Below, piece by piece: positions 11,122-21,058 of a stretch of DNA of 64,000 bases; position 1 is the first letter of the stretch; each line of letters opens with the position of its first letter. The notes beneath the pieces were generated by a model that searched no databases, was not told the DNA's origin, and was given only the letters and a program-made list of their open reading frames with translations. This DNA comes from an uncultured bacterium (GTDB taxonomy: Bacteria > Zixibacteria > MSB-5A5 > GN15 > FEB-12): positions 64,001 through 128,000 of the forward strand of contig CBDVDR010000006.1 of assembly GCA_965372795.1 (NCBI GenBank), written 5' to 3'. A program made the position numbers and the translations under genes.

Positions 11122-11883
11122 ATGTCAAAAGCTAAATTAACTTTTTATAAATCATGCGACACTGAAATTATTATAAAAGAAGAAGTTGCTCTGGCGAGAA
11201 TAGCATGGCCAACTTTTATGCTACAGGACCCTGTTGCCTGGAAATATTTTGGCGAACTTTATTCAAACTTTAATGAGTTCCAATTCGGCTTAATCGAAGA
11301 ATCATCTGATAAACTTGTTGCCGTAGGAAACTGTATTCCGCTTTATTTTGACCAACCATTAGCTGAATTGCCTGCCAGAGGGTGGGATTGGGCATTACAA
11401 AAGGGTTGTGAAGATTTTAAAAATAATATCAAACCTAATCTGCTTTGTGCAATTCAAGTGATGTTAGATCCTGATTACTTAGGACAGGGACTAAGCTCAC
11501 AAATGGTAGGCCATATGCGGCAAATTGGAATCGATGCCGGATTGGACAACTTAATCGCTCCGGTTAGACCAAATAAAAAAACTGACTATCCTATGATTTC
11601 GATCAATGATTATATCACCTGGAAAAGTGATGACAATTTCCCTTTTGATCCCTGGCTGAGAGTTCACAGTCGATTGGGAGCTTCGATATTACACCCATGT
11701 GAAAAATCGATGCTGATCTCTGGAAAAATCAGCGACTGGGAAGAATGGACCGGAATGAAATTCCCACAAAATGGTAACTACCCCGTTCCGGGAGCCTTGA
11801 GTCCTATTAGTATTGACCTTGAATCCAACACCGGATTATACACCGAACCTAATGTCTGGATGGTACATAAACTCAAAGAATAG
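11122..11883 (+). CDS. GNAT-fold acetyltransferase-like protein
   Basis: Acetyl-CoA-binding-like DPDYLGQGLS motif, plus APVRP and FDPWLRVHSRLG. Confidence 0.7.
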   Translation: MSKAKLTFYKSCDTEIIIKEEVALARIAWPTFMLQDPVAWKYFGELYSNFNEFQFGLIEESSDKLVAVGNCIPLYFDQPLAELPARGWDWALQKGCEDFKNNIKPNLLCAIQVMLDPDYLGQGLSSQMVGHMRQIGIDAGLDNLIAPVRPNKKTDYPMISINDYITWKSDDNFPFDPWLRVHSRLGASILHPCEKSMLISGKISDWEEWTGMKFPQNGNYPVPGALSPISIDLESNTGLYTEPNVWMVHKLKE

Positions 11884-11953
11884 GGTTATAATCCATAAAT
11901 CTTTAACTTGAAAATCTGAGTATATTTTATATATTTATGCCTGCATTTTGTTA

Positions 11954-12026
<73 letters not shown>

Positions 12027-12045
12027 CTTATGTGATTGTCTCTCC

Positions 12046-13023
12046 TTGACATACGCTCCTCATATCTCGCGATACATTAACTTGAATTGCCCAAATGGGC
12101 TCCTGACTGTGAGGAAATTATGTCTAGTGAGAGTTGAACAGACTGAATGGTCACCCTTACTCTATTCTATTAAGGTTGATTGCCAACAAAGGAACCTCTC
12201 CCCTAAAACTATAAGCGTGTATTTCGAGAGGATATGGTATTTAGCTGATTACATGAACCAAAGCAGTTTGACTGTACAAGATGTTAACAAGCAAATTATC
12301 CAACAGTACATCCTGTCCATCAAGGACACTGTATCCAGTGAAACTGTCAATGGAAGAATCAGAGCCTTCCGCAGGTTCTTTAACTACCTAGTCGAGGAGA
12401 ACCTATGGGACAAAGCCAGCCCAATGATTGGGATTAGACTACTCAAAACAGCAAAGAGCATTAAAAAGATCATCAACCAGGAAGAGATACAACTCATACT
12501 CAATGGCTTGGATAGGAACAGATTTGAAGGCGCTCGAAATATTCTTATGGTCCTTCTCTTCTGGGATGGGATGATCAGAAAGAGTGAGCTGTTGAATCTC
12601 AAGATTGAAGACTTAGACTTCAACTCAAGACTTATCAAAGTATTTGGTAAGGGTCGTAAAGAGAGAATGGTCCCTATCGGTCTAAAAACATTGAAGACTA
12701 TACATAACTTCTTAAGCAAATGGAGGAGCAAGTACTCGGGAGATTATCTCTTCTGCATGAGCGATGGCCAACCGATCAAAGACAGGCATTACCATAAGAT
12801 CATTCAACGGATCGGACAGAGACATGACATCAAGCTTCATCCACACTTGATCCGACATTCGGCTGCCACCTTCTATATCCAACAGGGTGGTAACCCGGCG
12901 ATCCTACAACAGATCTTAGGACATACAAGTTTATCAGTGACCCAGAAGTATTTACATCTATCGAATAAGGACATGGTAAATAGCTATAATTCATTCAGTC
13001 CATCGAATGCAATTAGAATTTAG
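12046..13023 (+). CDS. Tyrosine recombinase/integrase (start uncertain)
   Basis: Catalytic set R (IRKSEL), K (GKGRKER), HxxR (HLIRH), LGH and Y (QKYLH); lies directly after the tRNA. Confidence 0.92.
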   Translation: MTYAPHISRYINLNCPNGLLTVRKLCLVRVEQTEWSPLLYSIKVDCQQRNLSPKTISVYFERIWYLADYMNQSSLTVQDVNKQIIQQYILSIKDTVSSETVNGRIRAFRRFFNYLVEENLWDKASPMIGIRLLKTAKSIKKIINQEEIQLILNGLDRNRFEGARNILMVLLFWDGMIRKSELLNLKIEDLDFNSRLIKVFGKGRKERMVPIGLKTLKTIHNFLSKWRSKYSGDYLFCMSDGQPIKDRHYHKIIQRIGQRHDIKLHPHLIRHSAATFYIQQGGNPAILQQILGHTSLSVTQKYLHLSNKDMVNSYNSFSPSNAIRI

Positions 13024-13385
13024 AATTGTCATGTATGAAAGAGTAGTTTTAATTTGATGTACTAACTCGTAAACTCAGTTTTTCAGGTGTTATGTGATCG
13101 AAGCAACACTTCTGTAAGCTTATAGTGACCATGTGATTTCACGTTTAAGGTTGTTGAGTTTTGGCTTCAGTAGGTTGTGACCTATTTGAGTTACCCCTAC
13201 ACGTTTTTCGACTCATTATTGAGATACTTGCTGTATTCGTAGAGAATAGCAGGAATTGCTGCATCTATAGCTTCATCAATTCAACTATCATTAGCTGGAT
13301 AACTTGATTCTAACAAAACGCATGGAGGCTGGTAATTCAATATAATGGCTAAAGAAAAAAAGAAGAACAACGAACGATTATTAAA

Positions 13386-13583
13386 ATGAGTTCTACACGC
13401 GACAAAGCGATTAAACTCTTTACCTACCTGAAAGAGTTATCGAAGCTCCGAACAACGCCAACTAAGGATGTTGCAAAGTATTATGAGATTCTTTGGTTTT
13501 CGGATATTCCAGAGGAAAATGATTGTCATTGTATAGCATGGGATTTGTGGACCCAGTCAGAAGAAGAAAAGGACAGAACGACG
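13386..13583 (+). pseudogene. Truncated N-terminus of a larger gene, possibly a large helicase/nuclease-type protein
   Basis: MSSTRDKAIKLFTYLKELSKLR...EILWFSDIP reads as a real protein start, then runs into the antisense of the M14 gene at about 13584. The family guess is from memory only. Confidence 0.45.
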
Positions 13584-16130
13584 TCAGTCTATACAGCCAC
13601 ATATTGGCGCCACTCCATCATTAAATAAATAGTCAACAAAGTTGGTCAGGTCTGAGACGTTGAGGCTGCAACTAGCGTCCACATCGAACTCGCTCTGACA
13701 GATTGGGGCTACACCATCTTCTGCAAACATGTACTCTACAAAATACGTCAGGTCGGATATACCTACACTTCCATCGTCATTCGCATCTCCAGCCAGATTG
13801 CAGCACATTTCGCATTGATCACCAATACCGTTCCCATTGCCGTCCGTCTGATTAGGGTTGTAAACATCGACACAGTTATCACAGACGTTGCCGACACCAT
13901 CGATATCGCTGTCTACCTGGTCTGGATTGTAAGTCGTGGGACAATTGTCAAGGGCGTATCCAATTCCGTCATTGTCACTGTCAAGGTCAATCAATGGAAA
14001 CGTAATGTCATCTAACCAGGCGGCATCACTTCCCATGGAAAGCGAAACATCTTTCGTATATTGCCACATGAAAGTATGATCGCCGGCAGTGACTGGAAAA
14101 ACCGCCTGCATCCAGTCAACTTCCCCGGAGTATTTTCCCTCTTCATCGCCGTCAATATAAAACCTCAGGTAGTCCCAGCCACTTTCAGAAGAAACCTTGT
14201 AAAAGAACGAAATCGTTCCAGCCTGTCGGCTCTCCATGGTTACTTTAAACTCGGTCGACTGCATATGTGTGATTGTACCCGATTGCGAATCAAAGGTACC
14301 CTGGTATACTGCGCTGTCATTAATTTCCCAAACTTGTTCCCCTTCCAGCACCCAGTCAAATCGGTTGTAGTCGCCGGACTCAAAATTCTCTACTTCCAGA
14401 CCGACTGTAAACTCAAATATCAGACTATCAGAATAGCCACCATCGGCTGTAACCAGTAGAGCAAATTCTACTGTCTTGGGAAGCGGTGTTGATGATGCGA
14501 CTGTGAACTTAAATGGTGAAAGGGAACTGCCCTGCCCACCCAAAGCCTCAATGTCGGTAAGAGATACCGTATCCAATAGAATACTTATGTCGGTATCAGT
14601 AGTCACCAGACTCGCGTCTACTGCCTCGGCGTTACCTGCTCCATTGTTGACTAGCAATACGTTCATATAAGCGGTATCACCGGGAAAGATCGATGTTCCA
14701 TCGTGAGAGCTGAAGGCCAGTGATGGTTCTTGGACTTCGGGCACCAATTGCACATTAACAACTGTGATAGATCCGGTCGTTGAAGTCGCCGAGTTAACTG
14801 TCTGTGTGATGTAGCCAGGGGACGAAAACTCCAGATCATATGTACCATCCTCGATCATGCGGTGGTAATCACCCACTTGTGGGTCTGTCCGAACTTGAGA
14901 ACTGTCCTGATCCAGGTCGTAACCTACAACAGTCACCAGTGCAGAAACCGCTAGACCTGACTGAGCGTCTGTTACAATGCCCCTGATGCCGTAGCGAGCC
15001 TGCCCAAGATAGGTGAGCATCGACTTACGGTTGTACGTCCAGAATGCAGCAAGTTGTGAAGATGGTGGCAACTTTTCATTTGATAGCTCCAATGTTACTT
15101 CCCGACAGTGATGCCAGTAGTTCATAAAATCCTGGCGTCCCCCTTCAACAGAATACCAGTCATAACCGTTGGTTATGCCATCGTCAAAACTACTCATATA
15201 TCCGGAGGGACTGTTGGCCTGAGCCGTATCAGCATACTGGTGACAAATATCCTGCCACCAAGTATCATCGACATGTCGCCTGACCCAGGTATCCCACGGA
15301 TAGTTGACAACCTCAACTCCACCGTGCATGTTCGCCGAGATGACAAAATGATGCTCTCCGGCAAAATTCATCATCGCCACCGTCTCCATTTGCCAGGAAT
15401 TGCCGTCAGGATGTTGGCCGTCATCCGGATCGGGATAATTGCGGTTCAGGTCAATTCCATTGGCGTTGTAGCGACGGGCTCCACTGACACTACCGTTTCC
15501 TGTCCAATATGTGCCATCCGGATTCGCTAGCGGATTGATCCAGATTTCCATATCATCAATCATGTCAGTTATCTGAGCGTCTGTGCCATAGGCGGACAAA
15601 AGGCTATCGATTAGCCGCAGGCACAGTACATAGCCAACTGTTTCGTCGCCGTGCATGGTTGAAGTGTACATAACTTCCGGCTCATCCTCTTCGATGGCGA
15701 CGTTATCAGATATCTTAACATACAGTAGTTGACGGCCCTGCACACTAAAACCGATATTCTGCACCTGGCACAGCGAAGGGTAGTCTGTAGCGAATTGATA
15801 CATCATTGAAAGATAGGTATCGTACGTCGGGTACACATCCCAGTCCTCCATAGCGACCCGGCTGCTTCCCATATCCGGTATGACGAGAGTTGATGGATGG
15901 GGCAATGTCGTGAATTCATAACCGAGTTTGATAAACGAAGCGAGTGTGTGGTCGTTAGCATAAGCATATACGGTATCTCCAACGACTTTGTCGATAGATA
16001 TCATCCGCGTGAGCTTTTCCAGTTCAACTCGGTCGGAAATATTGAATCTGAAGTAGTGTTCCGAAATGTCGACAGCGATTGCCGTGGTGGCAATCGCTGC
16101 TATCAATAAAACATTAAAGAAATATTTCAT
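13584..16130 (-). CDS. Secreted M14 zinc carboxypeptidase with regulatory beta-sandwich, TSP3-like repeats and C-terminal dockerin-like domain
   Basis: Signal peptide; HGDE, RYNANGIDLNRNY, MHGG, VTLE; DxDxDGxGxxxDNCP repeats; GDANDDGSVGISDLT. Confidence 0.9.
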   Translation of the reverse strand: MKYFFNVLLIAAIATTAIAVDISEHYFRFNISDRVELEKLTRMISIDKVVGDTVYAYANDHTLASFIKLGYEFTTLPHPSTLVIPDMGSSRVAMEDWDVYPTYDTYLSMMYQFATDYPSLCQVQNIGFSVQGRQLLYVKISDNVAIEEDEPEVMYTSTMHGDETVGYVLCLRLIDSLLSAYGTDAQITDMIDDMEIWINPLANPDGTYWTGNGSVSGARRYNANGIDLNRNYPDPDDGQHPDGNSWQMETVAMMNFAGEHHFVISANMHGGVEVVNYPWDTWVRRHVDDTWWQDICHQYADTAQANSPSGYMSSFDDGITNGYDWYSVEGGRQDFMNYWHHCREVTLELSNEKLPPSSQLAAFWTYNRKSMLTYLGQARYGIRGIVTDAQSGLAVSALVTVVGYDLDQDSSQVRTDPQVGDYHRMIEDGTYDLEFSSPGYITQTVNSATSTTGSITVVNVQLVPEVQEPSLAFSSHDGTSIFPGDTAYMNVLLVNNGAGNAEAVDASLVTTDTDISILLDTVSLTDIEALGGQGSSLSPFKFTVASSTPLPKTVEFALLVTADGGYSDSLIFEFTVGLEVENFESGDYNRFDWVLEGEQVWEINDSAVYQGTFDSQSGTITHMQSTEFKVTMESRQAGTISFFYKVSSESGWDYLRFYIDGDEEGKYSGEVDWMQAVFPVTAGDHTFMWQYTKDVSLSMGSDAAWLDDITFPLIDLDSDNDGIGYALDNCPTTYNPDQVDSDIDGVGNVCDNCVDVYNPNQTDGNGNGIGDQCEMCCNLAGDANDDGSVGISDLTYFVEYMFAEDGVAPICQSEFDVDASCSLNVSDLTNFVDYLFNDGVAPICGCID

Positions 16131-16173
16131 AGTTGCATGTGTGACGTTCCCGCCAGATGCGACACTCAGGTCG

Positions 16174-19100
16174 TTACTGGCAGACTAGTGCTGTACCTCC
16201 ATTAAACAGGTAGTTAACAAAGTATGTGATATCCGACACTGTCAACTCGCCATTACCGTCAACGTCAGCAGCGTCAATAACCGGTGGCTGGGAACCATTG
16301 ACGAACAAGTAATCCACCAGGTAAGTCAGGTCTGAAATGTTCGGCATACTTCCATCGTTGTTAATATCGCCACAAATATACGGCGGTTCGTCACTGACAG
16401 TCAACTGGGCAGGCACTGTCCACGTATTATTCTCGGGGTCGTTGCTGTTAATAATAACGTTGGCATCATAGACACCCACATCCAAACCTTCCGCGAGGAA
16501 CTTGCAGGTGATCGTATCTGTTTCTCCGGCCGCCAGGTTGCCTGATTCACTGGATAGATTCAACCACAGTTGCGGCTCATAGAATTGAATCGCCAGGTCG
16601 TCGTGCAAATAAGAGGTCAAGTAAGCTACTTCCAGGCCATCGGTGCCTTTGGCATCCTCGATACCTATTGCACAATTAGCAATATCAAATCCAGCCGCTA
16701 TTGATAGATATTGGAAAGTGATTTTACCGGACGAGTACAGAATCACTTCGGCGTTGATAACCTCGCCGGCAGAGGCACCGTACTCAGGATAATCAGCAAA
16801 CTGAATCACACATCTTTCTGGAGATACATCAATGTATACATGAACATCCGGATTGTCGCCATCCAACGGATTCAGGTCATCCCATAGCCAGGCTAGGATG
16901 TTGTTCGGTGTAGAATTGGTGGGGATGCTGGTCTTGGAATAGGAATCCATCTCGTCAGTCTCGAATCCGATAATACCGTTAGAACCGACATACAACTGAT
17001 TATAGGATGTACCGTAGTAGTTGAAATCGAATCCGATAGCATAAGGACCGCCATAGTTGTCATCCTCCAGATCAGCGACCACATCGATACCGGTAGCAGA
17101 AACGTCAAGCCAATCGAACATCGGACCACCCGCCTCATCAGAATCAATCCAATAATAACCATACAGATCGGGACCGCCGGCATTCTTGGTGACTGCTGTA
17201 CCTTCACGCCTATCATCAATGCCTTTCGCCTTGGAAAAATCGTGGAACCCTTCCGGATAGGCACGTCTCGCTGGCTCGATATCGCCTGATGCCAGTAATC
17301 TCTCGAATACGGCATTCTTTATAGTCGGCTGTATTTTTACACTGTAATTTAGTCCTCCGGGGCCAATGTTTGAGATAATCAAGTCAGCCTCGGTGCTGTC
17401 GTCTATCATCAACATTTCGCTGAAATTCCCAGGAGTAACCGAGATGTCCGGTGCGAAATCGATATGGATGTCATCAACGAACCAGTCATCGAAGTCCTCG
17501 CCAGAACCGTTACTCCGGAAGCGAAGCTGGAAACCTGGGTGATAAGCATCGTCTGGAAGACCCAAACTGACTAAAGTGAACACTCCCTGGTTACTGCCAC
17601 TGCCGGCGTATCCGGACAGCTGATTCCAACGGCCGAAATCGTTAAGGTACTCTATCCACAAAGAGTCTTCGGCGTCGGGCGCTTCCCCACTACCGCCTTC
17701 TTGGTAACTGTACGAGACGATAACGCCTGCTTTCTGTGAAAGATCAATAAGTTGCGTCACAGCCGTGTCAACACCACCGTTAAGATTCATGGAATAGGGT
17801 GGCGATGGAGGATTCAATCCATCAATAACAACATCTATTCCCGCGCTATAATACCAGCGTTCAGCATCTAGTGATGCCTCTGGGAACGGCTCAAACCATG
17901 GGTAGCCAGCAGGTACACCTGCCGCTACAGCCACGATTGTAGTACTGCCTGAAACTTCACTGTCGCCCTGAGACCTAACCTCAACCATGCTCGTATCGGC
18001 CTCATTCATGGCCGCCGAGCCGGGGATGGCTACCTCGGCTACTATTTTTACTGAATCGCCGACCGACACTAGGCCCGTAGTTGAGAGCGAAGTAACGCCA
18101 TCTTCCTCGTAAAAAGCAACAGTCCACATCCCATCGGATGAACTCAAGTCATAAGTATCATCATAAAGACCACGGTTATATATAGTCAGAAGAAATGCGG
18201 CATTCCCACCAGAAGGACCGCTGTTAGTAGCAAAAGTTGGTACCACCCTGATGTCGTAATCACTAGGGTGTCCTACAAACACGTCATCGATGAACCAATC
18301 ATCAAGACTGCTCGTACCCGAAGTACCGGAGCTCATAAACCGCAGACGGAAATTACTATGGTAAGCGTCTCCCGGGGTAAAGGTCTCAACCTCGATAAAC
18401 TCTGTCATGTCCTCACCATCACCCAATTGCTGAGAAAGCAGCTGCCAACCCCCAAGGGAATCGAGATACTCGACAAACAGATCATCTCCGGACTCAGGAG
18501 AGTCTCCACCACCGGTGCGTTGATACCAGAAACTGACAATCACATTGGTCTCACTCTTAAGATTGATTGCCTGTGACATCACGGTATCGGCCCCGGTTGG
18601 GCTGCCGTCTAGATTCAAACTAAATGGCAATGAGGGTGTATTCAGGCCCAGCGTGCTTGATTCACCGTTCACGTTCATAATCCACTTCCCCACATCAATC
18701 GTTGCTGTCGGGAAAATGTCCTCAAACGGAATTGCAAATGGTTCTCCTGCTGAAGTGGTCTTCAATCCGATCAGACCAGCTACTTCCGGGTCAGCCAATG
18801 AACTAATTTTAATGGTCACACTGTCGTAATCGCCGTACATGCTGACAGGAACTGCAACCATGACCTTGAGTGAAAGTGATTCGTCCATGGCCAGTACACC
18901 GGTGGAACTTATTTCCGCACTACCTGTCTCATCGAAAAACTTGGTTGGCCAGGCATTGCCCGAAACAGCCATACCGTATTCATCATCATAAACACCGATA
19001 TTAGTTACGGTCAAATTGTACCAAGCCGTGTCATTAGCCGCCACAGTTCGTTCATCATACGATGGAGTAACTGACAAGCCATAATCAATCACCTGGAAAC

Positions 19101-20724
19101 TGAAGACATCGGTTGTATCAGATTTACCTTCATCGTCACGGGCAAAAAGGTAGTAATTTATCACCGTGCCCGGTGACTGAGCGGTTATAAATGCGCTAAA
19201 TTCGTCAGGTTGACCGTTCGAAGTAAGCAGCTCTGTATACCAGGCAGAACTAATCTCATAATACAACAACAGTGAGTCGGTGGTGAGGGGCGCATTGGAT
19301 TTGATAGAAGCTGTTACTTCATAGTCGTTCACGTCATCCCTCGTATCCTCAAGAGGGGTATGAGTAATTTTTATGCCGGCGGCATCGCGACCATTAAGGA
19401 CGAGAGCGCCAGTGTTGTCGGGATCGAGCCAGTCCCTCAAACGTGTTGAAGCACTACTGCCGTTATCCCAGGAAACCGAAGTTTTGCCATACCAATCGGA
19501 TGTTATGCTTGCACAGGAAGCATAGCCACCGTGAAGCTGACCGACAATGCGATGTTCAAAATCATAGATGGGAGACCCTGAAGAACCCGGCTCGGTGGTT
19601 CCGTCTTCCCAGTCATCGACGCGCCAGTGTGAATTATCACCGGCTGACTCACCTAGATAAGATGTCGAACTTAGTTCATCGTAGTTGAAAGATATCTTCT
19701 TGATATCTCCATCAGGGTGATGGATAGCCACACAACTGTCGGCGGTAGTATCGATAGCTGACCATCCAGAGTAATAAACATTATATGAGTCTGGAGGTGG
19801 TTCAGTGAGTTCAAGCAGACCAAAATCTGAAATGCTCGCACTAGCAAGTAGAGTCGATCCAGAAACCGACATCCACGTCGGTCCATCGACATTGGCGCAA
19901 GATGGACTCTCATAGTTAAAAATAAATACCCACGTCTCCTCGCCGCCCAGACAGTGATTGGCGGTCAGGAAGTAAGGTGTGAGGTCTTCTCGAACATTGT
20001 TTATCAAAGATCCCGTACAAAGCCGGAAGCCACCACTGGTTGTAATAAGGGCTACCGCCCGTTTGTCTTCCTGCCAGTCTGTCCCCTCAGCACAGTTTAC
20101 GTTGTTGTTGCAGGAACCGGATCCACCAAAGTCACGACCTTGATCTATCACCTCAGCCCTAAACACATTCTTGTAAGCATGTACAATCCGCTGAATTTCA
20201 ATAATACCCTGTCCTCTTACCGCGGCCGGCTCGTAATACTCGAGAATGCACACGTCGCCAGGCACAGGAGCGGTTGCAAATTTGCCATAATCTTTGTTAT
20301 TTTTTGATGTAAAGGCACCAATGACATGACTGAAGTCTTCATTGTAAATGAACAGTTTGGCGCCTGCAGGAAGCGAAAACTCCCGGTAAATCAGATTAAT
20401 AGAAAACGCATCATGAGTGGCTATGCGTAACCTCCAGACGGCGCTCCCGTCATTCAAATCATTCCAGGTTCCGCTGTTCTCCAAGTTGTAGCCAACCTCA
20501 AAAGGAGTGCCAAACCTGTATGGAATCCCCTTACCCTGTTCGATCTCATCCTCAGCCAGAAGAGCCTCAACATCTACATCCGGCATCTGAACCGTATGCA
20601 TTACAGCTGACAGAGTCCTGGAGACACTTATCGGCTGGCCGCCTTCGCTAATCTGTGCATGGGTCGCTCCCATAATTAACAAACATAGAGCTATAGTGAG
20701 GTAACAGATTCTGTTCATAAACAT
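16174..20724 (-). CDS. Secreted S1 serine protease (lysyl endopeptidase-like) with multiple beta-sandwich modules and dockerin-like tail
   Basis: Signal peptide; triad motifs LTANHC, SDFGLL, GSSGS, plus GQLHGG; two DDWF(I/V)DD-ending modules; GDINNDGSMPNISDLT. Confidence 0.9.
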   Translation of the reverse strand: MFMNRICYLTIALCLLIMGATHAQISEGGQPISVSRTLSAVMHTVQMPDVDVEALLAEDEIEQGKGIPYRFGTPFEVGYNLENSGTWNDLNDGSAVWRLRIATHDAFSINLIYREFSLPAGAKLFIYNEDFSHVIGAFTSKNNKDYGKFATAPVPGDVCILEYYEPAAVRGQGIIEIQRIVHAYKNVFRAEVIDQGRDFGGSGSCNNNVNCAEGTDWQEDKRAVALITTSGGFRLCTGSLINNVREDLTPYFLTANHCLGGEETWVFIFNYESPSCANVDGPTWMSVSGSTLLASASISDFGLLELTEPPPDSYNVYYSGWSAIDTTADSCVAIHHPDGDIKKISFNYDELSSTSYLGESAGDNSHWRVDDWEDGTTEPGSSGSPIYDFEHRIVGQLHGGYASCASITSDWYGKTSVSWDNGSSASTRLRDWLDPDNTGALVLNGRDAAGIKITHTPLEDTRDDVNDYEVTASIKSNAPLTTDSLLLYYEISSAWYTELLTSNGQPDEFSAFITAQSPGTVINYYLFARDDEGKSDTTDVFSFQVIDYGLSVTPSYDERTVAANDTAWYNLTVTNIGVYDDEYGMAVSGNAWPTKFFDETGSAEISSTGVLAMDESLSLKVMVAVPVSMYGDYDSVTIKISSLADPEVAGLIGLKTTSAGEPFAIPFEDIFPTATIDVGKWIMNVNGESSTLGLNTPSLPFSLNLDGSPTGADTVMSQAINLKSETNVIVSFWYQRTGGGDSPESGDDLFVEYLDSLGGWQLLSQQLGDGEDMTEFIEVETFTPGDAYHSNFRLRFMSSGTSGTSSLDDWFIDDVFVGHPSDYDIRVVPTFATNSGPSGGNAAFLLTIYNRGLYDDTYDLSSSDGMWTVAFYEEDGVTSLSTTGLVSVGDSVKIVAEVAIPGSAAMNEADTSMVEVRSQGDSEVSGSTTIVAVAAGVPAGYPWFEPFPEASLDAERWYYSAGIDVVIDGLNPPSPPYSMNLNGGVDTAVTQLIDLSQKAGVIVSYSYQEGGSGEAPDAEDSLWIEYLNDFGRWNQLSGYAGSGSNQGVFTLVSLGLPDDAYHPGFQLRFRSNGSGEDFDDWFVDDIHIDFAPDISVTPGNFSEMLMIDDSTEADLIISNIGPGGLNYSVKIQPTIKNAVFERLLASGDIEPARRAYPEGFHDFSKAKGIDDRREGTAVTKNAGGPDLYGYYWIDSDEAGGPMFDWLDVSATGIDVVADLEDDNYGGPYAIGFDFNYYGTSYNQLYVGSNGIIGFETDEMDSYSKTSIPTNSTPNNILAWLWDDLNPLDGDNPDVHVYIDVSPERCVIQFADYPEYGASAGEVINAEVILYSSGKITFQYLSIAAGFDIANCAIGIEDAKGTDGLEVAYLTSYLHDDLAIQFYEPQLWLNLSSESGNLAAGETDTITCKFLAEGLDVGVYDANVIINSNDPENNTWTVPAQLTVSDEPPYICGDINNDGSMPNISDLTYLVDYLFVNGSQPPVIDAADVDGNGELTVSDITYFVNYLFNGGTALVCQ

Positions 20725-21007
20725 ACATCCTTTTCTCGAAGTATTGGTTACTCTTCAACTCTCCGGTCTGTGAATCAACAAAGATTGTGGCTGCCCGCAT
20801 TGGAATCTCCAATCGGCAATTGCCTCACTTTCAGCGTCCTTCCGCCTGTACCGGATCCCAGTATATTACAGAGTGGACATTAAAACACAAATCGTCCTTT
20901 CCGGTTCATTAATCTTGAAATGAGCAGAATCTTTATCTTCAAACGCGTCGGCTATACTGTCGAACCACATCGCTAATAACTTCTTAGCAACTGAACATCT
21001 CAATTGA

Positions 21008-21038
21008 AACCCGCCGGTATCAATTATACCGGCGAGTT
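21008..21038 (-). terminator. Hairpin terminator after the 1342-aa gene
   Basis: Minus strand AACTCGCCGGTAT-AATTG-ATACCGGCGGGTTT. Confidence 0.65.
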
Positions 21039-21058
21039 GTTGTTTTTGAGCTATATGC

